Positions 30,800 through 40,010 of a stretch of DNA of 64,000 bases are shown one piece after another. A model generated the notes under the pieces. It worked only from the letters and a program-made list of their open reading frames with translations, was not told the DNA's origin and ran no database searches. A program made the position numbers and the translations under genes. Positions within the stretch are counted from its first letter, which is position 1. Each line of letters begins with the position of its first letter. This stretch comes from a virus. Where the stretch lies: the IMG/VR virus record IMGVR_UViG_3300027747_003534, positions 97,521-161,520 of that record; one strand, 5' to 3'.

Positions 30800-31726
30800 T
30801 TAGAGATAGTCTTCAAATCCGTAGCTTGGTAATTTTTGTAGAGGAAAACCATCAAAACCGCTAAATGTATATGACCCATTCATTGCTAGCATTCCAGCAG
30901 CAACATCAGCATGAATTAAAAATGAGCCGTCTGGAATTGGACCCCATTCTGGATGTCCACCGTCATTCCATTTGCCCCAACTATTTTGGACTAAAAACGC
31001 TGGCTCACTACCAGTGTCATCACATGCTATCCAAGCCATGCAATGTCCCCAGCTACCTGATGTTCTAGCAAATCCCTTTTTATCTCTAGTGTTACTAAAT
31101 CCATAATTAGAGCATACTGCTAAACCATAACCATTAGCAAGAGCGTCTCGTGCTTCTTCTACTGTTCTTATTAATGAAGCAGTTTTAATTTGATGATCGT
31201 TGGCTAAATCTAATACTTTATCTGGAAGTCCTCTACCTCCCCAACCAGCGCCTAGATTGCCATTATATTTGCTGAAGTCGGCAACTCCTGGATAATTCTT
31301 TCTAAGAACAATTCCGCCAATCTTGCTAACAAACTCAGCAGCTCTGGCACAACTCATTCCTTCTCCAGAAAAACCTCTTGCTCCATAAATAGCTTCTGTT
31401 GCTCCTTTTGTTATCCAATCCTCTCTCTCATTACCAATATCAATTTCTACTGCTCGGGTAATATCACAAGCATTTCTTGTTCCATGACTCACGCAATCTC
31501 CGACAGTTTGTCTTTCATTATAAGGATTCTTCTCAAATCGTAACACACTCTTGTATGGTGTTGAAAGTTTACCTTTGCCTGAATTTTTAATTTTTTTACT
31601 AGCATCTCCAAATAGTGGATACTTGGATGTTTCCATTAGGTGATCATAAACGTGCTGCTCAAATCGACAGCCGCTATAACCACCACGATACATATCATAT
31701 AGTTCTTTAGGAGAGAGTCTTGGCAT
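30800..31726 (-). CDS. Papain-like C1 cysteine peptidase
   Basis: Q-x4-C (RQTVGDCVSHG), GHCM His, QNSWG Asn. Confidence 0.88.
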   Translation of the reverse strand: MPRLSPKELYDMYRGGYSGCRFEQHVYDHLMETSKYPLFGDASKKIKNSGKGKLSTPYKSVLRFEKNPYNERQTVGDCVSHGTRNACDITRAVEIDIGNEREDWITKGATEAIYGARGFSGEGMSCARAAEFVSKIGGIVLRKNYPGVADFSKYNGNLGAGWGGRGLPDKVLDLANDHQIKTASLIRTVEEARDALANGYGLAVCSNYGFSNTRDKKGFARTSGSWGHCMAWIACDDTGSEPAFLVQNSWGKWNDGGHPEWGPIPDGSFLIHADVAAGMLAMNGSYTFSGFDGFPLQKLPSYGFEDYL

Positions 31727-32217
31727 TATTTTGACCCCGTATTACAAGCCCAAGCTAAAGCATTAAAACCTTCTACGGCCTTAGCTCTTAGCTCTTTAGA
31801 TAAAAGAATTTGATCATCACCGATAGAAGCAACTACTACTTCTTTTGTTTCTTTAGCTAGATCAGGATACTTACCCTTAATATCTAGTCTAAGCATCACA
31901 CCAGCCAAACTATTAGCTTGACGAATTTCTTCTGTACTTTTAACTACTTCATTTTCTCCATCAAGCTCAACAAGCTTTGCTAGATCTAGATACAAATCTC
32001 GTAATCTTTTAGCATCTCTCTTTGCTCCAGATTCTTTTAGAACTGTAACAACATCATCTGCTTCTTTTTTAACAGCTGGGTCTGTTGGTTCTGATAATTC
32101 CAAAACATCTACTGTTGCTGGTTTGTTTGGGCCAAGAATATTTGAAAACTCTGGCTTAAGTAAACCGATGACAATTAGTAGAGCAGCTAGTCCTAGTAAT
32201 ATATTTTTTTGACTCAT
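31726..32217 (-). CDS. Membrane-anchored hypothetical protein
   Basis: N-terminal hydrophobic ILLGLAALLIVIGLL. Confidence 0.65.
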   Translation of the reverse strand: MSQKNILLGLAALLIVIGLLKPEFSNILGPNKPATVDVLELSEPTDPAVKKEADDVVTVLKESGAKRDAKRLRDLYLDLAKLVELDGENEVVKSTEEIRQANSLAGVMLRLDIKGKYPDLAKETKEVVVASIGDDQILLSKELRAKAVEGFNALAWACNTGSK

Positions 32218-32606
32218 AGTACTTTATCCTCATTTTGTTTACCACATACATTAGGACTTAAAAACGGAAACATTTGATCGGCAACTTTTACCGCTTCAGA
32301 ACAGCCGCTCTGTACTGCCAAGTCTCTGGTTTGTTTCCACGAAACTACCAACTTGAAAAATGTATCTTCAGAGTCACCCTTTTTGGGAACGACTACTGGA
32401 GAAACTGATGGAACATTTACTACTGGTAAAGAGGTATTAGCAGAACCACCTTTGAATTTTTCAACGAGACCAGCTAATAGTTTTTGTATTGGGCTAAGTT
32501 TATCCTTAAATAAAACCCACAACACAAGACCAACACCGGCATAAAGAGCCAAATCCGTTGTGCTCAGTTTACTACTAAATTCTTGAAAGCTCTCTGTAAA
32601 ATTCAT
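32214..32606 (-). CDS. Membrane protein
   Basis: TM LALYAGVGLVLWVLF. Confidence 0.65.
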   Translation of the reverse strand: MNFTESFQEFSSKLSTTDLALYAGVGLVLWVLFKDKLSPIQKLLAGLVEKFKGGSANTSLPVVNVPSVSPVVVPKKGDSEDTFFKLVVSWKQTRDLAVQSGCSEAVKVADQMFPFLSPNVCGKQNEDKVL

Positions 32607-32617
32607 TTTATTATTCC

Positions 32618-33043
32618 TTATTTGTCTGAGACGGGAGGCGTATTATCAACAACAGGATCAACCTTAACACTTGGATCAACAAAAACTCCACTATTTCTGA
32701 AAGTGGTAACTAAAGCATCAATTGTCGCACTAACCAATAGCATGAGTATTTGTTTAACATACCTTTGTATAATAGGCTGTAAAATTTGTGGCACAAATGG
32801 AAAATTTATTATCGTAAATACTTGATCGTAAAACTTAGAGATCATAGTCATAGCAAGTGTTTTTTTATCAACCCCTTTAAGGGAGGGATTATTATCTTCT
32901 ATGTTTTGAATAACTTCTGCTGTAGCTAACTGTAGCACATTCCATGCTTGGGGCATTGCTACTGCTTTTGCATTTCTAATTATTTCTTTAGCTTTAACTA
33001 CTAAATTTTCAAGATCATTTACTGACAAGTTTTGGGTTTGCAT
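32618..33043 (-). CDS. Hypothetical protein
   Basis: 141-aa ORF with amphipathic helices. Confidence 0.65.
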   Translation of the reverse strand: MQTQNLSVNDLENLVVKAKEIIRNAKAVAMPQAWNVLQLATAEVIQNIEDNNPSLKGVDKKTLAMTMISKFYDQVFTIINFPFVPQILQPIIQRYVKQILMLLVSATIDALVTTFRNSGVFVDPSVKVDPVVDNTPPVSDK

Positions 33044-33353
33044 TTTTCTTTCTCTTTTTTCTTAAAGGCTGGCTATTCTTTCTATTTGCTTCTTTTCTTT
33101 CTTCTGGAGTTGCTGTGCTCCACCAAGTTTTTTTCAGATCTGTTCTTCCTTTGATATATTTAAATAGTATTGTTAATTGTCCAATAATAAGTATTGTAGC
33201 TTCTAGTCCTTTACTAGTTTCTTGAATCAAATCTTCTTTTTGAGAATTTTCTCCAATAATTCCCATTAGATACAAACCACTAAAAATAAAGCTAACCATT
33301 GTGAACCAAAACTCACTGGTGCGATAGCCGGGTTTTACCATTTTAAGCTCCAA
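33015..33353 (-). CDS. Holin-like two-TM membrane protein
   Basis: KPGYRTSEFW start, two TM segments, highly basic tail. Confidence 0.55.
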   Translation of the reverse strand: MELKMVKPGYRTSEFWFTMVSFIFSGLYLMGIIGENSQKEDLIQETSKGLEATILIIGQLTILFKYIKGRTDLKKTWWSTATPEERKEANRKNSQPLRKKRKKNANPKLVSK

Positions 33354-33381
33354 TTAAAGATAGTTGTAACTACTAGAGTAA

Positions 33382-33389
33382 TATACACC
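33382..33389 (-). promoter_or_regulatory. Phage-type GGTGTATA promoter motif
   Basis: Intergenic, upstream of the holin-like gene. Confidence 0.6.
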
Positions 33390-33398
33390 AATTTATAA

Positions 33399-34367
33399 TT
33401 AGGCATTTTGGTCAACAAATCCGAAGCAAACTGTGCAGTAATATTCTGCAGTCCCGTAGTTAAACTTTACACTACTCATTGTTCCATCGATTCGAATAAT
33501 ATTGAACCCTTCTGCACCAATGAATTGAGTGTATTGTGTAGGACTCACTTGGTTTAGATATGTTGTTTGCGACCAAGGTTCGCTGGTTAATGACCAAATG
33601 GGTGTAAACGGTTTTGGATTACCATTTTCGTCAAGTACCTGTACTGGAACCGCTGTGCCGGGATTACCAACGCTGGCAAATGCAACAAGAGCATCTGTGA
33701 CGGGGGAACTAAATGTTGCAGTAAATACCCCGGCCTGAGTGTTTCCAATTTGTGCCGTTCCAATTAGTGGAACCCCGTATTCTTCCGGAAAATTTGTGGC
33801 CGAATACATACCATCGTGCTGGAACATACCACCACCATTTTGGGTAATATTTATTGTTATATTATTTTGACCAATTCCTGATGCTGTAGACTCTGTAATA
33901 GAATTCATTGTCATCCACTGAAATCCTGAACTTCCAAAAGTTGGTGCTTCTGTGGTGGTTGTTGTGGTTGTTGTAGTGGTTGTTGTACTTGCAGACTCAC
34001 ATGACGTACCATCTTGACGAACTTTCTCAGCAGCATATGGGGACGGCCACTCTACTAGCCAAGGCCGGTCGGCATAACTATATGCCCTAACAATCTCTCC
34101 TCCAGTATTAGTATAAATCCATACTCCAGTTTCATATCGAACAGCTTCATCCCCATAGATATAAGTTTCACGTCCATAAGGAGCATATCCAATCGGAGAT
34201 AGAATTCGATCACCAACAAACCATCCGGTCATTTTAACGCTAGAAGTTGAGTCAGGACATATAGGAGTAGGAGGAAATACTAAATTTTCGCCTAAAAATA
34301 TTTTAGAAACATTAGTGTTTCCTAATTTAATAGAAGATAGGTCAGAATTGTTTAAAAATATAGACAT
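33399..34367 (-). CDS. Probable virion/tail-associated protein with poly-Thr linker
   Basis: IKLGNTNVSKIFLGENLVFP tail-type N-terminus; 13-Thr run separating two domains. Confidence 0.6.
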   Translation of the reverse strand: MSIFLNNSDLSSIKLGNTNVSKIFLGENLVFPPTPICPDSTSSVKMTGWFVGDRILSPIGYAPYGRETYIYGDEAVRYETGVWIYTNTGGEIVRAYSYADRPWLVEWPSPYAAEKVRQDGTSCESASTTTTTTTTTTTTEAPTFGSSGFQWMTMNSITESTASGIGQNNITINITQNGGGMFQHDGMYSATNFPEEYGVPLIGTAQIGNTQAGVFTATFSSPVTDALVAFASVGNPGTAVPVQVLDENGNPKPFTPIWSLTSEPWSQTTYLNQVSPTQYTQFIGAEGFNIIRIDGTMSSVKFNYGTAEYYCTVCFGFVDQNA

Positions 34368-35593
34368 TATGAGATAACATACAAAGTAGTAGAATTTTTA
34401 GTAACAAGAGCATCATAATTTGCTTGAGATATATTTACTATATTAGTAATACTAGCTGAGTTTGGAACAAGTCCGGTATTGCTTGGTATGCCAGCAGAAG
34501 TTTGGGTTGTGTTATTTGGGAATGTGATGCTACCGCTTGCTGGTAATGTTAGTTCACCATTTCCGTCAAAAGTCCAGCTATATCCAGGAGGCCCTCCAAA
34601 GATTTCAAACGCATGTTCAGCACCGCCGATCTTAATTTGGCTATTGGGAGCAACGTTAGTTTCCGCTGTTCCAATACGAACCCCAGCATCACCCTCTACA
34701 ACAACTTGAGCATATCCTCCTGGTAATATTAATTTGCCGTCTGTATCAAAAGTCCAAAGGTGAGTATTTGAATTAGTGCCAATAATCACATCTCCACCAT
34801 CTTTTTCAATTTTAACATATTGATCATCATCTCCCAAATAAATATCAACTGTTGAAGGATCTCCTGATACAAGATGTACATGACTATGCTCTGAACTAGA
34901 TATTCCATTATTGGTTACTGTAATAAATTGACCAGTAGGCACGTTAGATTCTTCAAAATTGTAATATAGTTCTGGATGAAGGTTTGCGTCTGCAACATCT
35001 GGACCCGGTCTTGTTCCGTCAACACTAGTTAATGTAAGAGTAAATTCGGAGATATTACTATTAGCTGGTATAGTCCAAGTAATATTTTTTGTATCTGGCT
35101 GACCACTAATGCCTGAGAAAGTTATCTTGCCAGTTAATGCTCGACCTAATGATTGTGAAGTAACTCCAGGACCAGAGATTGTATAGTTTACTGTTCCAAA
35201 ATAAACCCAACCATTTATGGTAACTGAAATGGTGATAGGATTACCATACTCAATATAATTACTAGAATTAATACTCCAAGATGCAGCGGTTGGACGAATT
35301 ACTAAACTTTGTCCAGAGGCTGCTGTTGGAGGCATTAAAGATACTGTATTATTTGTTTCACTGAATATGCTACCGCTGGGTAATGTTAAAGAACCATTTC
35401 CAGTAAGTATAACTTCTTTATCGTCTTTAATTAATCTATCAACTCCTATAGCACTACTTAGTTGGCTTAAAGTTATTTTTTTAGTAACTCCGCTAACCGA
35501 TGGACTGTCCATGAATAAAAATATATCATCGTTACTTAGTGATCCACTACCTGTCGGAAATTCGTTTATTCTTTTTATACTCATATTAGCCAC
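34367..35593 (-). CDS. Tail fibre-like protein
   Basis: KRINEFP..TKKITLSQL N-terminus; repeated WTFDxxGxLxLP; C-terminal ISQANYDALVTKNSTTLYVI. Confidence 0.7.
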   Translation of the reverse strand: MANMSIKRINEFPTGSGSLSNDDIFLFMDSPSVSGVTKKITLSQLSSAIGVDRLIKDDKEVILTGNGSLTLPSGSIFSETNNTVSLMPPTAASGQSLVIRPTAASWSINSSNYIEYGNPITISVTINGWVYFGTVNYTISGPGVTSQSLGRALTGKITFSGISGQPDTKNITWTIPANSNISEFTLTLTSVDGTRPGPDVADANLHPELYYNFEESNVPTGQFITVTNNGISSSEHSHVHLVSGDPSTVDIYLGDDDQYVKIEKDGGDVIIGTNSNTHLWTFDTDGKLILPGGYAQVVVEGDAGVRIGTAETNVAPNSQIKIGGAEHAFEIFGGPPGYSWTFDGNGELTLPASGSITFPNNTTQTSAGIPSNTGLVPNSASITNIVNISQANYDALVTKNSTTLYVIS

Positions 35594-35807
35594 CTACTAC
35601 TGTTTGGTCACCAACTAATTCGACAAAAATACCATTATAGAATCTATAACCATATTTTGAAGCTATGTCAGAAATAGCTGGGGTGTTTTTAACATAATTA
35701 TTATTAACAGAATATTTTCCTGTAAATGTTGTAGATGTTACTAGTGTTCCATTTTTAATAGGATTAGCACTAATTGATTTTGAGATATCTGTAAAAGGTC
35801 TTGACAT
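35586..35807 (-). CDS. Small hypothetical (structural?) protein
   Basis: 73 aa, GGAG Shine-Dalgarno, downstream of AGTGTAT motifs. Confidence 0.6.
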   Translation of the reverse strand: MSRPFTDISKSISANPIKNGTLVTSTTFTGKYSVNNNYVKNTPAISDIASKYGYRFYNGIFVELVGDQTVVGG

Positions 35808-35840
35808 AATTTTTCTCCAAAGAAAGGTTATTATTTTAAA

Positions 35841-35859
35841 TATACACTATCAATACACT
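35841..35859 (-). promoter_or_regulatory. Tandem AGTGTAT promoter motifs
   Basis: AGTGTATT and AGTGTATA upstream of 35807. Confidence 0.5.
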
Positions 35860-36181
35860 AGGTTCTATCTATTCTATCTTCTAGTGTTTCTAGAGTTTTG
35901 GTAAGTATTGTCATTTGAATTCTAAGCTCATTCATAACTTCGCTATTTCTTTGTAATGCAGTTGCGAAGGCTATTTGATTTTCTTTATTACTTGCTAATC
36001 TTTCCATTATAAATTGTCTATCTTGTAGATATGGTGAGTGGGTTTGAATTAGATTTTCTATTTCGGATTTAGTTACAACATGACGAACTAATGCTGCCCA
36101 AAAAGTAATTAGCGTAACAATAATACCAATACTAGTAGTTGCAACAATTTGCCAAACATGAGCTAAATTAGAATCTGTCAT
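35858..36181 (-). CDS. TM + coiled-coil protein (holin/spanin-like?)
   Basis: Single N-terminal TM then heptad repeats; likely start MTDSNL at 36181 with GGAG Shine-Dalgarno. Confidence 0.6.
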   Translation of the reverse strand: MTDSNLAHVWQIVATTSIGIIVTLITFWAALVRHVVTKSEIENLIQTHSPYLQDRQFIMERLASNKENQIAFATALQRNSEVMNELRIQMTILTKTLETLEDRIDRT

Positions 36182-36195
36182 AATTAAATCTCCAT

Positions 36196-36234
36196 AATAA
36201 AATGAGCCAACGACACTAAGTATCATTGGCTCAT
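36196..36234 (-). terminator. Intrinsic terminator
   Basis: ATGAGCCAATGATAC-TTA-GTGTCGTTGGCTCAT followed by a T-rich tract. Confidence 0.75.
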
Positions 36235-36271
36235 AATAATTTATTATTACCTCGTATTAATTTATACGAAA

Positions 36272-36823
36272 TTAACCAGTAATTGCTTTATAGTTATTAG
36301 TAACAGGAACTGGCTGACCAAGTTTATAAACCAAAACACCAGGAGCTGAACGAGTTACAACAGCAGCATTATCTGTAGCCAATGTGTCTACAGCAACTAC
36401 TGGATAACCAACTTCGAACTTACCTGTAAATCTATTATATTTATTAGTTCTAATTGCTGTGGTAAATCTGCGTGTCCTAAGAACTCTTAAATAATGAATA
36501 CTTTGCATTAAAGATGGAACATTAGCACCACTACGTAGTGCTGTGTTTGAAACACCACTGAGAGTAGCTGTGCTTCTCATAGCTACACCATCCCTATCTC
36601 CATAAGCAAAAATGCCAGCAGAGACAGCTTTATCTGCCCAGCCATTATCAAGAACAGTTGATGCAAAAACAGTAGTGTTATATCGTGAAACACCCACATT
36701 AGTTAGTTTGCCAGAAGCAATAGAGCCGCCTCTAGTCACAACGCCACGATTATTTTGTGATCCACTAGCTTTTACATTTGGTGGAACAGTATATGATGAG
36801 CCATTAACTTTTTGTGTGGCCAT
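36272..36823 (-). CDS. Probable virion structural protein
   Basis: Ser/Thr/Gly/Val-rich, strong Shine-Dalgarno, own terminator; start MATQK at 36823. Confidence 0.6.
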   Translation of the reverse strand: MATQKVNGSSYTVPPNVKASGSQNNRGVVTRGGSIASGKLTNVGVSRYNTTVFASTVLDNGWADKAVSAGIFAYGDRDGVAMRSTATLSGVSNTALRSGANVPSLMQSIHYLRVLRTRRFTTAIRTNKYNRFTGKFEVGYPVVAVDTLATDNAAVVTRSAPGVLVYKLGQPVPVTNNYKAITG

Positions 36824-36885
36824 TTTAATCTCCATTTGTTAGTAGAAATACTAATATAGTATACCCTAAATTTAAAAAAACTTGA

Positions 36886-37527
36886 TTATTTTTTGGATAT
36901 TAGCTCTAAAGCATTAATAGAATTGACCATTATTCCAAATATGCTACTTTTTTTTACAATATTAATTTGGTCAATATTCCATAAATTACCATTGCATATA
37001 ATATTAATTGATACTTTTTTATTAATTAATCCAGCAGCAAGCATATTATCATTAATGTTATCTAATAAATAGCCAGTTGAAGGATATATTGTACTAATGC
37101 CCAAATCTAGCAAGATTTGCGAAACTTTATATAATAGTTCATAAGTAAAAACTCTATATTCGAGAATGTATCTTAATTCTGTTCCATTTTTAGAGCATAC
37201 TTCAATATTTGTGCGAATATCATCTCTAAATTTATCATATTTCCTATTGCAAAAATTATGAGGTTGAGCTACTATATTGATTATATTAGCTCCATTTTTT
37301 ATACAAGATTCAATAGCTGAGTTTCTATTTTTACTATCAAGAATACCTAATGGGTAATCAACAACAGTGGACAATAAAATTGATGATGGAAGAATATTTT
37401 TTGCTAATTTAACGGAGGCTGGTAGTACGGATATTGTATCTGGACAATAAGCTACTGCTTGATGTAAATTATTCTTTAGTTCATCATCAGAAAAAGATAC
37501 ATCATATGTTGAATATTCAATTATCAT
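36886..37527 (-). CDS. DeoC-like aldolase-fold protein lacking the catalytic lysine
   Basis: TVVDYPLG, NGANIINIV, LRYILE, IYPSTGY where DeoC has FIKTSTG. Confidence 0.75.
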   Translation of the reverse strand: MIIEYSTYDVSFSDDELKNNLHQAVAYCPDTISVLPASVKLAKNILPSSILLSTVVDYPLGILDSKNRNSAIESCIKNGANIINIVAQPHNFCNRKYDKFRDDIRTNIEVCSKNGTELRYILEYRVFTYELLYKVSQILLDLGISTIYPSTGYLLDNINDNMLAAGLINKKVSINIICNGNLWNIDQINIVKKSSIFGIMVNSINALELISKK

Positions 37528-38201
37528 TTTTTAAATTTATGAGATTTTAGCGATTCTATATTAGGATATTTCTTACTTCCTAATACACCGTCAGCAAATC
37601 CATATTCAACAGCTTCCTCAGCATTTAATAGCCAATCGCACTTGCTTGCTAGTTGAGATGTGATATGTTTTTTGGCCATCATCTTTTTCCAATTTTTTTG
37701 TTTGGCCATTTCACTCTCCATACATCGATCAGTAAAAATATCTACCATCTTATCGCATTCTTCCTCGTTCCATCTAACACTACTTGCTGCTGCTTTACTA
37801 TGTTCATCATTTAAACTAAATGAACCATAATGAATTAACATTGTAACATTAGGAGTAAGAATTCTTAACGGCGCTGCTTGTAAAAGAACACTACTAGAAG
37901 ACTCAACCTTTGCATATGCTAATATAATAATTTTTGATCTAGAAAATTTTATAGTATCATATATACCAAGACAATCTTGCCATTCTCCTCCCGGTAAATG
38001 CATATGAACTAAAATGGGATCACTAGATAAAGTATTAAGATGCCTAATGTTCTTTTCAAAAACTATTGCTGATCTATAATCTACTCCAGGTTCACCAGAT
38101 TCTGATGAATCAAAATAAGAGTGTAAATATATTTCTCTGTTTTTTAGATCAATATTAAAATTATGAATATCATTTATATCATTATCATTTAGATTAACCA
38201 T
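37524..38201 (-). CDS. clpP: ClpP-like serine protease
   Basis: REIYL, LPGG, ESSSSVLLQAA (Ser), MLIH (His), DWLLNAEEAVEYGFAD (Asp). Confidence 0.85.
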   Translation of the reverse strand: MVNLNDNDINDIHNFNIDLKNREIYLHSYFDSSESGEPGVDYRSAIVFEKNIRHLNTLSSDPILVHMHLPGGEWQDCLGIYDTIKFSRSKIIILAYAKVESSSSVLLQAAPLRILTPNVTMLIHYGSFSLNDEHSKAAASSVRWNEEECDKMVDIFTDRCMESEMAKQKNWKKMMAKKHITSQLASKCDWLLNAEEAVEYGFADGVLGSKKYPNIESLKSHKFKK

Positions 38202-38635
38202 TATATTTCTTGATCCAGGTATTCGTAGACTCTTTCATTTATATTTGTCATAACTTTTGCATCTTCAAAAACTTTACCAATAGCCATTCTAAATCTATAT
38301 CTTGTAAAGATGTCTAGCGTTTCTACTCCATCAGAATTTTCTATAATATCTATAACTTTTTTTGTTAGATTAAAATTTGTATGACCAACCCAAAAATTAA
38401 AAATTTTACTTGATGCGGTATTTTCAGTATATGGTATCAATCCCATTGGAGTTATAATGGCTTTTAAAGCACCTTCTTTAATACTAGGCGATTCATTATG
38501 TTGATTTTCTGCATAATCATCTTCTTGATCATCGTTATTATTTATAGAATTTTCCAAAGAGGATATATCATCATGACCAAAAGGATCTAGCCATTTTTGC
38601 CAAACTATTAGGTTAGAGGTTTTTGATATATTCAT
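38201..38635 (-). CDS. Hypothetical protein
   Basis: FNFWVGHTNFNLT..GVETLDIFTRYRFRMAIGKVF block that looks conserved. Confidence 0.65.
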   Translation of the reverse strand: MNISKTSNLIVWQKWLDPFGHDDISSLENSINNNDDQEDDYAENQHNESPSIKEGALKAIITPMGLIPYTENTASSKIFNFWVGHTNFNLTKKVIDIIENSDGVETLDIFTRYRFRMAIGKVFEDAKVMTNINERVYEYLDQEI

Positions 38636-39036
38636 TTATATTGCTTAAAAACATTAGATGGTTTAATTAAGGGTTTAGTATTTTTAGCTTGTGCTTTATT
38701 ATAATACTCCAACCATTTGTCGAGAACCTCTTGGACGAAAAATACATCATATGGATTATTTTTTAAATGAACATCATATAAAGTATCTATAATATCTCTT
38801 TTAAGCAAACCACTATCTGTAGCAAAAATCATTTTAGCATACTGATCTGCTATTAATTTTATAGATTTTTCATCCAATTTTTCTAAATCAGGCCAGTAAC
38901 ATGTAATATTAATAATACCATCAAAACCCAATTCAATATTTAAACTACATAAAAATTTTTTATGATCATCTAAATTTTTGATTTCTTCTTTTTTTTCAGG
39001 CTCTGGAAATAGCCATTTAATTATTTGTTTAAGCAT
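38632..39036 (-). CDS. Hypothetical protein
   Basis: 134-aa ORF in operon. Confidence 0.6.
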   Translation of the reverse strand: MLKQIIKWLFPEPEKKEEIKNLDDHKKFLCSLNIELGFDGIINITCYWPDLEKLDEKSIKLIADQYAKMIFATDSGLLKRDIIDTLYDVHLKNNPYDVFFVQEVLDKWLEYYNKAQAKNTKPLIKPSNVFKQYK

Positions 39037-39379
39037 AATATAAACATTTTCTAGCTAAATTATTTATTGTAGAAATATTTTTGCTAACATAATATGAGTT
39101 TTTAAGAACAGTTTTTGGTGGGATACTGCAAGTATATGTCAACGTAATTATATTATTATTTTTATCAGCATGAATTAATTTAGTACTAATCCAACCAAAT
39201 CCCAGGTCTATGTATGTTTCAAATATCTTTTGTAGCATGTCATCGATACGCTCCGCATTGTCTTCGCCAATCTCGACAGAAAGAGGAGTTAATATTTCAT
39301 TGTCTAAAGAAACAAGGCATTGTTCATTAGTAGATAAATTAAAGCTTACCACATATAATTGTAATGCTATTTTAAACAT
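39029..39379 (-). CDS. Hypothetical protein (possible degenerate Nudix-like fold)
   Basis: 116 aa; Nudix-like pattern without a Nudix box. Confidence 0.5.
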   Translation of the reverse strand: MFKIALQLYVVSFNLSTNEQCLVSLDNEILTPLSVEIGEDNAERIDDMLQKIFETYIDLGFGWISTKLIHADKNNNIITLTYTCSIPPKTVLKNSYYVSKNISTINNLARKCLYYA

Positions 39380-39956
39380 ATTGCTTTATCTTTGTTAATC
39401 CTTTTTGTATGTTTTGACGAATAGCTTCTCTTGTTACTCCAAATTCGTTCCCTATTTCTGACAATGTTTTGTCTTGAAAATAATATAGCTTAATTTGTTC
39501 TGCTTGTTTATCTGTTATTAATCCACTTGTTAGAATATCTTCTATATTATTTTTAAGATTTTCATGATATTCATTATTTTCTGCTATTAGAGAAGGATCA
39601 TACTCAGGCTTATCACGAATATGATCTGAGAAAGATGTATCAAATTCTGGATTTTTATTTTCTATAGATAAATGATTATTTTGTTTTTTGTATTTGTTTG
39701 TTATGTATGTTTTAATTGCCCATATTCCACATTGGTTTCTGTAGGAGTATCTGGTCTTTTTTTTACCTTCAAATCCTGTTCTATCCTCATCCCATTTCCA
39801 ATCTCCTATCATAATAGCAGAGGCTATGTCCGCTATGGCATCTTCATTAGATAATAGCTCTTGCCTGAGAGATGAGTAAAATCCCGGCGCAAATTTTGAT
39901 ATAATCTTTTTAGCTAAAGTTATATATGTAGACAGACTGTCATATTCTTTTTCCAT
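39372..39956 (-). CDS. Phage RNA polymerase sigma factor (sigma70 family)
   Basis: Region 4 HTH KTLSEIGNEFGVTREAIRQ; region 2-like WKWDEDR..YSY..WAIK. Confidence 0.85.
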   Translation of the reverse strand: MEKEYDSLSTYITLAKKIISKFAPGFYSSLRQELLSNEDAIADIASAIMIGDWKWDEDRTGFEGKKKTRYSYRNQCGIWAIKTYITNKYKKQNNHLSIENKNPEFDTSFSDHIRDKPEYDPSLIAENNEYHENLKNNIEDILTSGLITDKQAEQIKLYYFQDKTLSEIGNEFGVTREAIRQNIQKGLTKIKQYV

Positions 39957-40010
39957 TTGTTGTCCTTTGTAAAAAATCTAGTAATAATGTCCTATTATCC
40001 TATCGCGTAC

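Noticed and set aside
33952-33990. (GTT/GTG)n microsatellite or contingency locus
   Set aside because: Mixed Thr codons forming an in-frame linker, not a pure repeat
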